The position numbers were made by a program, and so were the translations under genes. A stretch of 63,572 nucleotides of DNA, the filler included, from Licmophora abbreviata (lineage: Eukaryota): NCBI GenBank assembly GCA_900291995.1. It is 21 parts of 21 records of this genome, joined end to end, with 100 filler letters (N's around TTAATTAATTAA, not from the genome) between each part and the next. Parts side by side here need not be neighbours in the genome. Positions count along the whole stretch, not along the records: positions 1 to 20,078 come from OLMU01004501.1; 20 more parts are not named here. The stretch is one strand, 5' to 3'. Below are positions 8,190 to 17,914 of this stretch, piece by piece. The number at the start of each line of letters is the position of its first letter. The first letter of the stretch is position 1. The notes beneath the pieces are model-generated. The model saw only the letters and a program-made list of their open reading frames with translations. It did no database searches and was not told where the DNA came from.

Positions 8190-11100
8190 TCACTCAGTTT
8201 GCTCGAGGCTGTCACGTCGGAACATAAGTCGATAGGCTGCGGGAACAAACAGCAAACTCAATGGCGACGAAATGAGTAGGCCGCCGATCATAAGGATCGC
8301 CATCGGTTCGAAGAGCGCCCCGCCAAACAGCGCCATCGGCACGAGCCCTAGAACGGTGGTGAGCGAGGTCAGCATGACGGGGGTCGCGCGCTTCTTTGCG
8401 CCGGTGACGATCGCCTCGTCCAAAGGCATGGTCCTTCGCTCGATATCGATCTGATCGATTAGAACGATGGCGTTGTTAATGATGATTCCCATCAGTGAGA
8501 TCAGCCCGAGGATGGCGAAGAACGACATCGGACGCTCAGCCAGATAGAGCGCCAGCGGCGCCCCCACGATGATCAGCGGGATGGTCATGAAGGTCAGCGA
8601 AACCCTCCGGGCGGAATTGAACTGGTAGACAAGCGCAGCCAGCATTACCGCAAGTGCCAGGGGCAGACCCGCCCCAAGCTTGGCGTTGACGTCATGGCTT
8701 TGCTCGCTCTCACCGCCGACCTTGACGGTAAACCGGTCATCCAGGTCGAGCCCGGCCAGCGTTGGCTCGATCAGCGCCTCGACTTCAGACGCCGCAAGCG
8801 TGGCGCTTTTTCCTGAAATCACGATCTGGCGCACTTGGTTCTCGCGACGGAACTGAGAGAATTCCAGCGAGGGTCGGAATGTCGCCACCTGGGCCAGCGA
8901 CACCATACCGCTGCCCGCAGGAACCGACAAGTTGGCAAGATCCTCGAGGCTGTCGCGAAAGCTTGCTTCGGCCCGCGCCACGATCGGGATCGCGTCCGAC
9001 CCGTCCCGGTAGGTCGAATAATCCGTGCCGCTGAAATAGGTATCCATCACATCGGAGATATCGCTGGACGTGACCCCCAGTTCGCGGGCCTTGTCCTGCG
9101 CGATGTCAATGATGATCTTGAGCCGCTTGTTGCCCCAGTCGTTCTGGTTCAGCACCAGATCGGGTACTTCGGCAAAAGCCCCTTCGACCTGTTTTGCCGC
9201 CAAGAGGAGCACATTCGCATCCGGGCCAGTGATCTCCACTTCGACAATGCCGGATTCCGACCCCCCCATGGACAGCCGCGTGACCCGTGCCCGCGCGGCC
9301 GGGTGGTTTTCGAAAAGATGCCTGCGCGCGCGATCGGCGGCGACAACGGCGCCTTGGTAATCATGCGTGTTCACAAGGATGAAGGCACTTGCCGGGTCAG
9401 TTTCGGCCGGGGCGAGCGCAAGGTAGAACCGAGGCCCGCCATCGCCAACGAACAGCGTGGTGTCGCGCACCTCGGGGTTCACGGATGTATCGCGCAGCCA
9501 GGCCTCGGCGCGACGCGCCTCTTCTTCCGTCGCCGTGATCGCGGTGCCTTTGGGCATGTCGATATAGATCAGGTATTCCGCCCTTTCACTCAGAGGGAAC
9601 ATCTCTGATTTGAGAAGCGGAAACACCATGATCGAGGCCGCGACCAATCCATAGCAGACCAAGATGATCGGAAGACCGAGGGGCAAGATCGCGCGGGTCA
9701 GCTCGCCATAGCTTCGCACGAACCAGCCCTCGCCGTCGCGCAGGCTTCGACGGGGGCGCAGAAGTTTCGCGGCCAGAAACGGCAGAATGTAGTGCGCCGT
9801 GAACCAAGAGCCCGCCAGCATTATGCCGACGACCGCGCCCAGGGAAAAGGCAAACTCGCCCTCCGTTCCGTCAAGGATCCACATCGGTATGAAGGCCGAG
9901 ACGGTGGTGATCGAGGCAACGGCCAAGGGTGCGAAAAACTGCCCGCCAGAGGCGATGGCGGCCTCCTCGGGGTCGCTGCCCGCATTCACGCGCGCTTCGA
10001 TGTCCTCCACCACGACCAGCCCATTGTCCACGAGTAACCCCAGCGAGACAATGAACGCGGCGATGGAAATCTGTTCGAGATCGATACCGATCTGCGCCAT
10101 TCCCAGAAGGGCGAACATCATGGTAAATGGAACTATGCTCGCTATAATGAGCGCAGGCCGCAGGCCGAGGAAGACCAGCATGACAAGCAGCACAACGGCA
10201 AAGGTCTGGCCAACGTTCGACAGCGCATTGTTGATCGCAACGGTGACGTTCTTTTCCTGGAAGGTCGAGATATTGTAGCTGATGCCAATGGGCTGCGTGG
10301 CCTCGAGCGCCGTGATCTGATCTCGCAATGCGTGGCCTACCTGCTGAATGTCACGATCATCCGACATCTCGACCGCGACGAGCAATGCGGGTTGTCCATT
10401 GTAGAAAATGGGCTTTTCCGCCGGATCGACATAGCCGCGGCGCACGGTCAGGATATCCTTCAGGCGCACCAGTCCGGCAAGGCCGGAAACCTTGGTCAGC
10501 ACACCCTCCAACTCCTCGACCGAGCCAAGATCGCCATTGGCCTCGAGGATGATATTGGTGCCGTTCGCATCCAGCTGACCAGCAGGCAGGATCACATTCT
10601 GAGCGGCTAGGTCGTTCAGAACCTGCTGTATCTGCACCCCCACGGTGGCTAGTCTTCGGCTGTCGATCTCCAGCCAGATACGCTCCTCCTGCTCTCCGTA
10701 GATTGTGATCTTGGTGATCCCGTCAAGCCCGTAAAGCCCCGCGCGCAGATCATCTGCGGCATCGAAGACCTCGGCCGGTGTAAAGCCTTCGCCTGTCACC
10801 GCCACGGTCGCAATCGACACGTCGCCGAAATTGGTATTCACACTTGGCCCGGACGTGCCCTGTGGCAGGTCGCCCTTGGCCTCATCCATGCGGTTGCGGA
10901 TATCTTGGAAAATCTGGTCCAGTTTTTCTCTGGGCACCGAATCGTAGACGCTTAGCGTAAGCTTGGCCGTGCCCGTCAGGATCAGCGTCGAGATATCCTC
11001 TACCTCCGCTATCTCTCGTGCGGCCCGTTCGAGCGGGATCGCTATCAGGTCTTCGACACGTTCGGGCGACATGCCCGGCAACGAGGCCGTGACGATGGCA

Positions 11101-11234
11101 GAGCGGATGGTGATCGCTGGATTTTCCCGTTTGGGCAAACTGATGTATGTCATCGTGCCCAGGAGCAACAGTCCTATCATTACAAGGATTGTCAGGCGCG
11201 ATTTTTCAAGGCCGAGGCGAGTCAGGAAATCCAT
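8190..11234 (-). CDS. RND efflux permease (AcrB/AcrD/AcrF family)
   Basis: 1014 aa; GLLVDNGLVVVE, GIIINNAIVLID, RATPVMLTSLTT. Confidence 0.95.
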   Translation of the reverse strand: MDFLTRLGLEKSRLTILVMIGLLLLGTMTYISLPKRENPAITIRSAIVTASLPGMSPERVEDLIAIPLERAAREIAEVEDISTLILTGTAKLTLSVYDSVPREKLDQIFQDIRNRMDEAKGDLPQGTSGPSVNTNFGDVSIATVAVTGEGFTPAEVFDAADDLRAGLYGLDGITKITIYGEQEERIWLEIDSRRLATVGVQIQQVLNDLAAQNVILPAGQLDANGTNIILEANGDLGSVEELEGVLTKVSGLAGLVRLKDILTVRRGYVDPAEKPIFYNGQPALLVAVEMSDDRDIQQVGHALRDQITALEATQPIGISYNISTFQEKNVTVAINNALSNVGQTFAVVLLVMLVFLGLRPALIIASIVPFTMMFALLGMAQIGIDLEQISIAAFIVSLGLLVDNGLVVVEDIEARVNAGSDPEEAAIASGGQFFAPLAVASITTVSAFIPMWILDGTEGEFAFSLGAVVGIMLAGSWFTAHYILPFLAAKLLRPRRSLRDGEGWFVRSYGELTRAILPLGLPIILVCYGLVAASIMVFPLLKSEMFPLSERAEYLIYIDMPKGTAITATEEEARRAEAWLRDTSVNPEVRDTTLFVGDGGPRFYLALAPAETDPASAFILVNTHDYQGAVVAADRARRHLFENHPAARARVTRLSMGGSESGIVEVEITGPDANVLLLAAKQVEGAFAEVPDLVLNQNDWGNKRLKIIIDIAQDKARELGVTSSDISDVMDTYFSGTDYSTYRDGSDAIPIVARAEASFRDSLEDLANLSVPAGSGMVSLAQVATFRPSLEFSQFRRENQVRQIVISGKSATLAASEVEALIEPTLAGLDLDDRFTVKVGGESEQSHDVNAKLGAGLPLALAVMLAALVYQFNSARRVSLTFMTIPLIIVGAPLALYLAERPMSFFAILGLISLMGIIINNAIVLIDQIDIERRTMPLDEAIVTGAKKRATPVMLTSLTTVLGLVPMALFGGALFEPMAILMIGGLLISSPLSLLFVPAAYRLMFRRDSLEQTE

Positions 11235-12332
11235 TTAGTCCGCTGCCTCTATAAGCTTGACCTCTTGCCCGTCGCGCAGGAACGACACACCCGCCGAGGC
11301 GATGCGGTCGCCCGCCTCTAGCCCGTCAATCACCAGCAGCGCGTTCTCGCGCACGCCCGCGATCTGGATCTTTCGGCGCTTCACGGTCGAGGTGTCTGGT
11401 TCATAGGCAAAGACCTGCGCGGCGCCCGGGCCCGCGCGATCTGCGATGTCGCCCTCCATGATGATCGCGGTCAACGGGATGGAGAAACCTTGCTCCTTCG
11501 GAAGCGGCAGCTCGATGGCCACTTCGACCGCCATCCCCGCCTTCAGGATCGGGTCTGCTTCGTCCAGCGTTACGACGACCGGAAAGCTCGAAACCGCATC
11601 GGCGCGCGAGCCAAGTTCGCTTACCACGCCGCGCAGGACAAGATCCGGCCGGTCGGCCAGCCGCACCGAAGCGGGCGTTCCGACAACGAGCTGGCTGATC
11701 ATGTCGAAGTTGACGCTAAACGAGACTTCGAATGCGTCTGGCGCATAGAGCGACACGATGGGCGTGCCGGTCGAAACCGTCTGGAAACTCTGGACCTCCA
11801 CTGCGTTCAGTATGGAATCGAACGGAACCACGAGAACCGCTTTGGCCAAATCGTCCTTGGCGGCGCCAAGCGAGGCTTCGGCCTGTTCCAGTTGCGCCTT
11901 GTCCGTGACCACGCCGGTCTTGGCATTGTCCAGCGCTACCTTGGTAATCGTGCCCGATTTGAAAAGTTCCTGCTGGCGGGCCAGTGTCTCGAGCGCACTG
12001 GCGTAAGCCGCTTGTGCCGCACGCACTCCCGCTTCGGAATTTGCAATCTGTATCTTGAACGCCTCGGGGTCGAGCCGTGCCAGAACCTCTCCGGCATCGA
12101 CCCGTTGACCGACCTGAAGATCGACCTCAAGCAGTTTGCCGGACGTGTCGAAAGACAACACGTTGAGCGACGTGGGTTCCAGCACAGAAGGAAACCGCCG
12201 CACGGTGGCCCTCTGGGTATCGGCAACCAGATGCGTCTTGAGTCCGCGGATCGGCGCGTCAGCGGTCTTTTTTTCTTCGTCGAGGCATCCCGCGAGTGCG
12301 AATGTTATACCCAGTATCAAAATCCGTTTCAT
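11235..12332 (-). CDS. RND periplasmic adaptor (MFP), lipoprotein
   Basis: LAGC lipobox, GQRVDAGEVLARLD, coiled hairpin; abuts the permease. Confidence 0.93.
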   Translation of the reverse strand: MKRILILGITFALAGCLDEEKKTADAPIRGLKTHLVADTQRATVRRFPSVLEPTSLNVLSFDTSGKLLEVDLQVGQRVDAGEVLARLDPEAFKIQIANSEAGVRAAQAAYASALETLARQQELFKSGTITKVALDNAKTGVVTDKAQLEQAEASLGAAKDDLAKAVLVVPFDSILNAVEVQSFQTVSTGTPIVSLYAPDAFEVSFSVNFDMISQLVVGTPASVRLADRPDLVLRGVVSELGSRADAVSSFPVVVTLDEADPILKAGMAVEVAIELPLPKEQGFSIPLTAIIMEGDIADRAGPGAAQVFAYEPDTSTVKRRKIQIAGVRENALLVIDGLEAGDRIASAGVSFLRDGQEVKLIEAAD

Positions 12333-12426
12333 GCCCTCGCCCTTCTTCTTGTGCTGTAGATGGAAAAAATGCCGAGTGATCTGGTGAATACCTTTGAGCC
12401 GGCATTCCCCAGGTGGCTCGCAACGA

Positions 12427-12756
12427 TCAACTCACCGGCTGGGCACAGGTTGCTTCGATCAAGGCAATATACGCCTCGAGTTCTTCGGCGGTACGCCCGC
12501 TCACGATATCCGTCTTGTCGCGGTTCTCACCCTTGATCGCGCCGGTAGCAAGGCCAACAGGTGTGACGAGACGCACCGCGCTTACAGCGCGTTCGCCGCG
12601 CTTTGGCATGGCGGCTTGCAGGGCCGCAATATCCGCCTCGGCGGTCATGCAATCCACCGGCTGTTCAAGCAGTTGCGCGCGCTTCTCGGTCTTGGACGTC
12701 CCGCAACCGGCAAGCAGTGCGACACTGAGCAGGACAAGCAGTTTCTTCAGATCCAT
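12427..12756 (-). CDS. Small lipoprotein
   Basis: LLAGC lipobox; two further Cys. Confidence 0.8.
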   Translation of the reverse strand: MDLKKLLVLLSVALLAGCGTSKTEKRAQLLEQPVDCMTAEADIAALQAAMPKRGERAVSAVRLVTPVGLATGAIKGENRDKTDIVSGRTAEELEAYIALIEATCAQPVS

Positions 12757-12827
12757 CTTAATCTCTTTTCAATTGATCCATTTGCCCAGGGGAACGCCGA
12801 GGCGCGAGGGGCAACTTGTTTTTGGGG

Positions 12828-13223
12828 TTACTGTTTCATCGCCGCGCTAAGTTTGCTGACCGTAGTCACGCAGACCGCCTCGACCTCTGCCGCTCTCCGC
12901 ATGAGGCAGGCCATGATCCGACCATCGCCCGGCGCCACATCCGCGCAATGGGTTTGGATATCGGTCGCGCAGGTTTCATAGGTCTGGACAACAATATCGA
13001 AGAACGCCTCTATGATACTGTCAGTTGCCGTGGTCGCCGCATGGCAGGTCTCCGTCACGCGGTCGCTGTGGGCGTAGAGGCAAGCTGCCGGCCGGCCATC
13101 TCGTGGCGTGACAGAGTTGCAATAGGTGGCGATGTCAACCTCGCAGGGCACGACAAAGGTTCGTGCCGAGGCGAGCGGTGCCACAGCCGGTGCGATGACA
13201 AGGGCAAGGGTTTTGGAATACAT
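12828..13223 (-). CDS. Secreted cysteine-rich repeat protein
   Basis: Two repeats of CxxDIxxxCxxVxPxDGRxxACL. Confidence 0.8.
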   Translation of the reverse strand: MYSKTLALVIAPAVAPLASARTFVVPCEVDIATYCNSVTPRDGRPAACLYAHSDRVTETCHAATTATDSIIEAFFDIVVQTYETCATDIQTHCADVAPGDGRIMACLMRRAAEVEAVCVTTVSKLSAAMKQ

Positions 13224-13232
13224 AAAGCTGCC

Positions 13233-13546
13233 TTAAGGAGTGACGATGATGTAAGCGGTTTTGCCGGTTCCGTCGGTCACGGGCTGGTAATAGACCCCGC
13301 CGCAATAGTGATAGATCACACCGCTCACCGTGCGCGTTACGCAGCTTTGCGGTAGGGAACAGTAATAGGTGCTCCGGCGCACCTGCCGGCGGGTCGTTCG
13401 AATGATCTGCCCGGCCTCTGCCGGGCTGATACCCAACGGCAGCGCGATCGAAACACCCGCTATTCGGATTTCACTGGACCTGTCCCCATCAAAAGGCCCA
13501 TGGCGACTGCCGCGCAAAAGGCGTTTTTTGATTTTAAGTTGTTCAT
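13233..13546 (-). pseudogene. Small secreted protein, apparent frameshift near 13471
   Basis: Signal-like MNNLKSKNAFCAAVAMGLLMGTGPV is out of frame with IRIAG...LPQSC...YCGGVYYQP. Confidence 0.55.
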
Positions 13547-13565
13547 CCCCATCGGCCTTCCAAGA

Positions 13566-13844
13566 TCAGAGTTTCTCAAGACAGGCTATCACCGCCTTGG
13601 CATTGGCGCGGGCATCTACCTGTGTCAGACTACCTGACTGCACCATGGGCTTGAGGATGCCACGCATCTCACTTTTCATGTTGTCCCCGGACGAGACACT
13701 CGGTGCCACGGCGGCATACATGGTCTGGCCCGTTGCCGTCAGGGAGGCGGCGCAGGCATCGGCTTCGGCCTGACCGGCGATAGCGGCTTGTCCCGTGGCG
13801 GTTATCAGGAATGTCACGGCGGCCGTGCGAATGGCGTTTCTCAT
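13566..13844 (-). CDS. Small secreted protein with two Cys
   Basis: MRNAIRTAAV...AAIA signal peptide; AAGGA RBS. Confidence 0.75.
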   Translation of the reverse strand: MRNAIRTAAVTFLITATGQAAIAGQAEADACAASLTATGQTMYAAVAPSVSSGDNMKSEMRGILKPMVQSGSLTQVDARANAKAVIACLEKL

Positions 13845-14227
13845 CTCGAAGGTCCTTTCAAGGCCAATGGAACCGGGTCGGTATGCCTGACCGCCCCTTC
13901 CTGAATTGTTCGTCAAATACATCTCTCGATGACGGCGCAGGATGTGTCAGGATCGTGCCGTGCGCTGATCGCGCCGAAATATGCACCGGATAACATCTTG
14001 TAGCTTTACGACGCCGCTAGAAACCTATCTTGCGAGTTTCTTCTGCCCAAAGCGCTGCTTTACGCTCTTTGGGGTAAATTCTGGCTGAGTGCAGGATGAC
14101 ACGCTACAGGCATCGTCCGAATGCTAAGAGTATTAGGGGGAGATAACGCGCTCAATGAACAGGCCAGCGTAATGTCAAAAAGGGCGATCCAAAGGCCGCA
14201 TTTTTCGTTCTCGTGAGTTGCGTTTTA

Positions 14228-14835
14228 GGGTCAGGACCCATTGAATTCAGCACCTTAGCGTGAGTCACCGCGCAAGAACGAAAGGTGATATGTCTGATAT
14301 CTTCTGGCTGACCGATGCTCAGATGGTGCGTCTGGGGCTCTATTTTCCGAAGCCCCACGGCAAGCCATGGGTGGATGACCAGCGTGTGTTGAGTGGGATT
14401 ATTTTCACAAATCGCAATGGCTTGCGCTGGCGTCATGCCCCGAGGGAATACGGGCCTCACAAGACACTCTACACCCGACGGAAGCGATGGAGTGATAAAG
14501 GCATCTTTGCCAAGTCATGATCGGTCTGGCCGCCGAGCAAGGCGAGAAAAATACCGTGATGATCGACGCTACTTATCTCAAGGCTCACAGGACAGCGACC
14601 AGCATGGGCGTGATAAGGGTGGCAATGATCAACCGGGGCGCCTGATCGGTCGCACCAAGGGCGGGATGAAAACCAAGGTACAGGCTATCTGCGACAGCAA
14701 AGGCCGCCCGCGTGACCTCTTCGTCACTGCCGGTCAGGTCAGCGACTATATGGGTGCCCGGGCATTGCCCAAAGATCTTGCTCTCCACCATCGCTCTTGC
14801 AGCAATCGTCATCTATTGGCTATGAATCCTGACCC
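14228..14835 (+). mobile_element. IS5-family remnant, internally deleted
   Basis: IRs GGGTCAGGA / TCCTGACCC flanked by TA; fragments MSDIFWLTDAQM...GLRWR..P.EYGPHKTLY and IGRTKGGMKTK. Confidence 0.9.
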
Positions 14836-14883
14836 TAAGCGCCCTGTTTGTGTTGGTTGATCACGCGCACGCACCCATGCACC

Positions 14884-15006
14884 GGGCAACGACCAAGATT
14901 TGCTGTGTGTGCAGATTTTTGGCGAGGGATGTGGTGGGTGTTAGGTCCCTCGTAGTGCTTGACACTACGGCTGTCACACATAGCCCAAATGGCCTAACGT
15001 GCTTGG
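14884..15006 (+). repeat. Conserved non-coding cis-element, copy B
   Basis: Homologous to 3173-3303. Confidence 0.85.
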
Positions 15007-15213
15007 CGAACTGTGAAGCACAGCAAGCATCACTCAGCCCAAATTAACTTCTCCCAGCTAGGCCGCGTCACCCCACCGCGCGGCGCCAACTGAACGCTCC
15101 ATCTGCGTCGCATTAGATACGGTGCAAAAGGCTTTGGACCCGACGAAATGATGGATCACCTGCAGATCGCTCATGCAGGACGACGACACCGCAAAAGACT
15201 GCCTCAGGGCAGC

Positions 15214-16854
15214 TCACTTGGGGCGGGGCATCCATCCGAACGGAAACGGGCGTATCCCAAGGATCACCACGGTCATGCGTGTCACGAAGGTGCCGATGAC
15301 CGTGACCACGATGGCCAGTGCGATCTCTTCCGGCGCCAGCACATTGGGGCGGGTCAGCAGGAACAGCGAAAAGGCCAGCCCCCAGAAAAACGGAACTTCG
15401 GCGTAAAACTCGGTCTTTAGAGTTCCGACCTGGCCGGATTGCCGCACAATATCACGCAGGATGCCGCCACCGGCGGCTGTCAGCATCGCGAGGATCGGCC
15501 CCCATAGCCACAATGGCTCCGCGTCCATGGATATTGCGATGGCAAGCCCCGAGACCGTGAAGACGGCCATTCCCAGTGAATCGGTCAGCTCCTGAACATT
15601 GGCGATCGTGACAAATCGGGGTACTTTGGGCAGGCGTGACGGTGTCCAGCCCCGGGTTGCCATAAGCCGTAGCGCAAGAATGATCGCAAAACCCACCAGA
15701 ACGGTCACGCCGACAAGGCATAGGTAAAGCGGTGATGACATCATGCCCAACGGGTGCCGGTCCAACAGGATGTCCCGCAAGGCCCCGCCTCCAAGGGCCG
15801 GAAGCGCGGACAGCACCAGCGCACCGAAGAAACTGAAATTTTCCCGATAGGCGATCAACACGCCCGACACGGCAAAGGCCACTGTTCCAACAATGGTCAG
15901 AATAAAGAACAGCCGCGTGTCGAGCACGTAACTCATCAACACCGAGGAAATGCTTGAATGGAGGCGTTTCTTCAATTGTCCATTGTCTTCCAATGTCTTG
16001 ATTGCCTGATCGATGGCGGCCAGCGATGAAGGTTGCATGGTGGTCTTGCTGAAAATGAAATGAACACTCGTGATACCAGGCATCATGATTTCGGCCGCCT
16101 GGAATTTCAGCCCAGCCTCAAGGGCCGCTGTCGATACGCCAAGCCTGTCTCCGACAAAACCATCGATCCGTCCTGCCAGCAGGTTGCGAAGATTTTCCTC
16201 GTCATTCGACGCGGGAATGACCCGCCGTTCCCGTGTCGCGGTGTCGATGCTTTGATTCAGCGCGGGGTCCGCGAACAGACGGCCAGGAATGACCCCAAGC
16301 CGGAAATCGGGCGTTTCGATGATTAACTTGGCGATATCGGTCGTGTCATGCAGGCTGATCTCGTCCTGCCTGACATAAAGCGCGATCCGCGCCCATCGAT
16401 AGGGCAAAGAATAATGAAACCTGTCATCGCCATTCTCGGGCTGAAATGCCCCAAGCGCAATGTCGCCTCGGCCTTCGCCGAGATCTTGCAACTGATCCTG
16501 CCAGGACTGTCTGCGAAGATGGGCGTCCATTCCGGCCAAGTGCAACACATCGGCCAGGATTGCGATGTCCAGCCCCTCGACGCCTTGAAGCTGTCCGACC
16601 GCCGCTGTCTGATAAGGTTTCGACATGATCCAGCCGCCGCGTAAGCTGGTCATGTCATAAGTCTGGTGCGGTGGCTCAAGATCTGTCTCCGCCGCATTGA
16701 CCACGTCCTGTGCCATCGCTGGTGATGTGATCGAACCACACAGACCCCACATCGCGGCGAGACCGAAGGTTGCGGAAAACAGGAACGACCAGAGGCAGGA
16801 TCGCATCTTCAAGCCTGCTTTGGCCAGCCACTCGTCATGGCGTCGGGGGCACAC
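15214..16854 (-). CDS. Substrate-binding domain (family 3) fused to a TRIC/UPF0126 membrane domain
   Basis: EGLDIAIL...L.EGRGDIA...LLAGRIDGF, then GTVAFAVSG...GGGALRD and LTAAGGGILRD. True start may be ~16807. Confidence 0.85.
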   Translation of the reverse strand: MCPRRHDEWLAKAGLKMRSCLWSFLFSATFGLAAMWGLCGSITSPAMAQDVVNAAETDLEPPHQTYDMTSLRGGWIMSKPYQTAAVGQLQGVEGLDIAILADVLHLAGMDAHLRRQSWQDQLQDLGEGRGDIALGAFQPENGDDRFHYSLPYRWARIALYVRQDEISLHDTTDIAKLIIETPDFRLGVIPGRLFADPALNQSIDTATRERRVIPASNDEENLRNLLAGRIDGFVGDRLGVSTAALEAGLKFQAAEIMMPGITSVHFIFSKTTMQPSSLAAIDQAIKTLEDNGQLKKRLHSSISSVLMSYVLDTRLFFILTIVGTVAFAVSGVLIAYRENFSFFGALVLSALPALGGGALRDILLDRHPLGMMSSPLYLCLVGVTVLVGFAIILALRLMATRGWTPSRLPKVPRFVTIANVQELTDSLGMAVFTVSGLAIAISMDAEPLWLWGPILAMLTAAGGGILRDIVRQSGQVGTLKTEFYAEVPFFWGLAFSLFLLTRPNVLAPEEIALAIVVTVIGTFVTRMTVVILGIRPFPFGWMPRPK

Positions 16855-17237
16855 GGGCGGTCTCGTTGCTTATTGCAATGATGGAAGGGATCACAAGGCA
16901 GCTTTTGTCAAAGTCGTGCAAGGTCAAATTCCTGAGTGGCGTCGCCTCGGAAATGGTTGGAGCATTCAGCCCCTGAATACAAGGCCCAGGCGTTCCGGCA
17001 GCTTGATACGCCGACTCGCCAGCGCCTCAACCCGCTGATATTTCGTGAAAATCCACCTTGGCCTCCGCTATCGATCGACCTATCCAGACAATAAAAACCT
17101 GCTGCCCTTGGCGTATTGGTGTCATTGTCCTGACATCGATATGCAAACACCTCCAGATGGCGCGTCATCTCTCTTTCGATAGTGGCGACACCGCCTCTTA
17201 GAAGTCTTGTTTCAGGATCTCAACCGACATTCCCCAA

Positions 17238-17772
17238 GTGGCCAGCCGAAGCACACCTTACGAGAACCTGCTTGAGCAAGCATCCGAATTAAAGCGTTTC
17301 GCCTTTGACCTGAGGCATCAGCTAAAGGCGAAACGCGCGCAACGATCGAACAAAGCCCTGCATTTCGCGAAACGCATTAGAGCAGCTGTTTTGGGAATTT
17401 TGGAGTGCAGGGTTCGAGCAGGCCGTGCGTCTGCGTCCAGAGGCTTGCCGGGCGTACTTTGATGCTGAAGACACGCGGGTAGAAGTTGCGTTTTCTTGTA
17501 TGTGCGGTCTTCTTGCGATGCAGCTTGGTGAAAGCTCTTTGCCCCAAGAGCGGCGGGGCGAATTACAGAAATGCGCCTGCAACCTGATACCTGAAGTGGT
17601 CACGGTGATGAACGACTGGATCAAATCACAGGCACCCGTCCCTATGGATGCTGCACCGGATTGTCTCAGTGCAGCGAACGTGAATTTAGGTCCAGCGCGA
17701 TCAAACAAGGTTGGGCGTAAGAACAATGCGTTTGTGGAGGCGGTGGAAAGTACAAGCGATGCTGTGGGGTAA
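17238..17772 (+). pseudogene. Possible frameshifted hypothetical gene
   Basis: Two overlapping open frames (17238-17462 and ~17326-17772); no motif recognised. Confidence 0.3.
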
Positions 17773-17785
17773 ATTGAGGCTTTGA

Positions 17786-17908
17786 AATGCGTCAAGAGCG
17801 TAGCTCACTATAATGTTCCAAATTCAAGTCATTGAAAGTAAATATTTAAATAGCGTGCCCTGAAATCATAATCCGTGTGTCGGCGGGCAGGTTCCTCCTC
17901 CTCTATCA
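17786..17908 (+). mobile_element. Degenerate outer att site with arm sequence
   Basis: AATCATAATCCGTGTGTCGGCGGGCAGGTTCCTCCTCCTCTATCA (17864-17908), preceded by AATGCGTCA-N5-GTAGCTCAC as at 7120-7142. Confidence 0.8.
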
Positions 17909-17914
17909 TCACCC

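Larger units (their letters stand above)
7210..17908. mobile_element. Decayed tRNA-integrated element 2 (~10.7 kb)
   Basis: Bounded by two tRNA 3' fragments with homologous arm sequences; IS remnants inside; no integrase seen. Confidence 0.7.
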
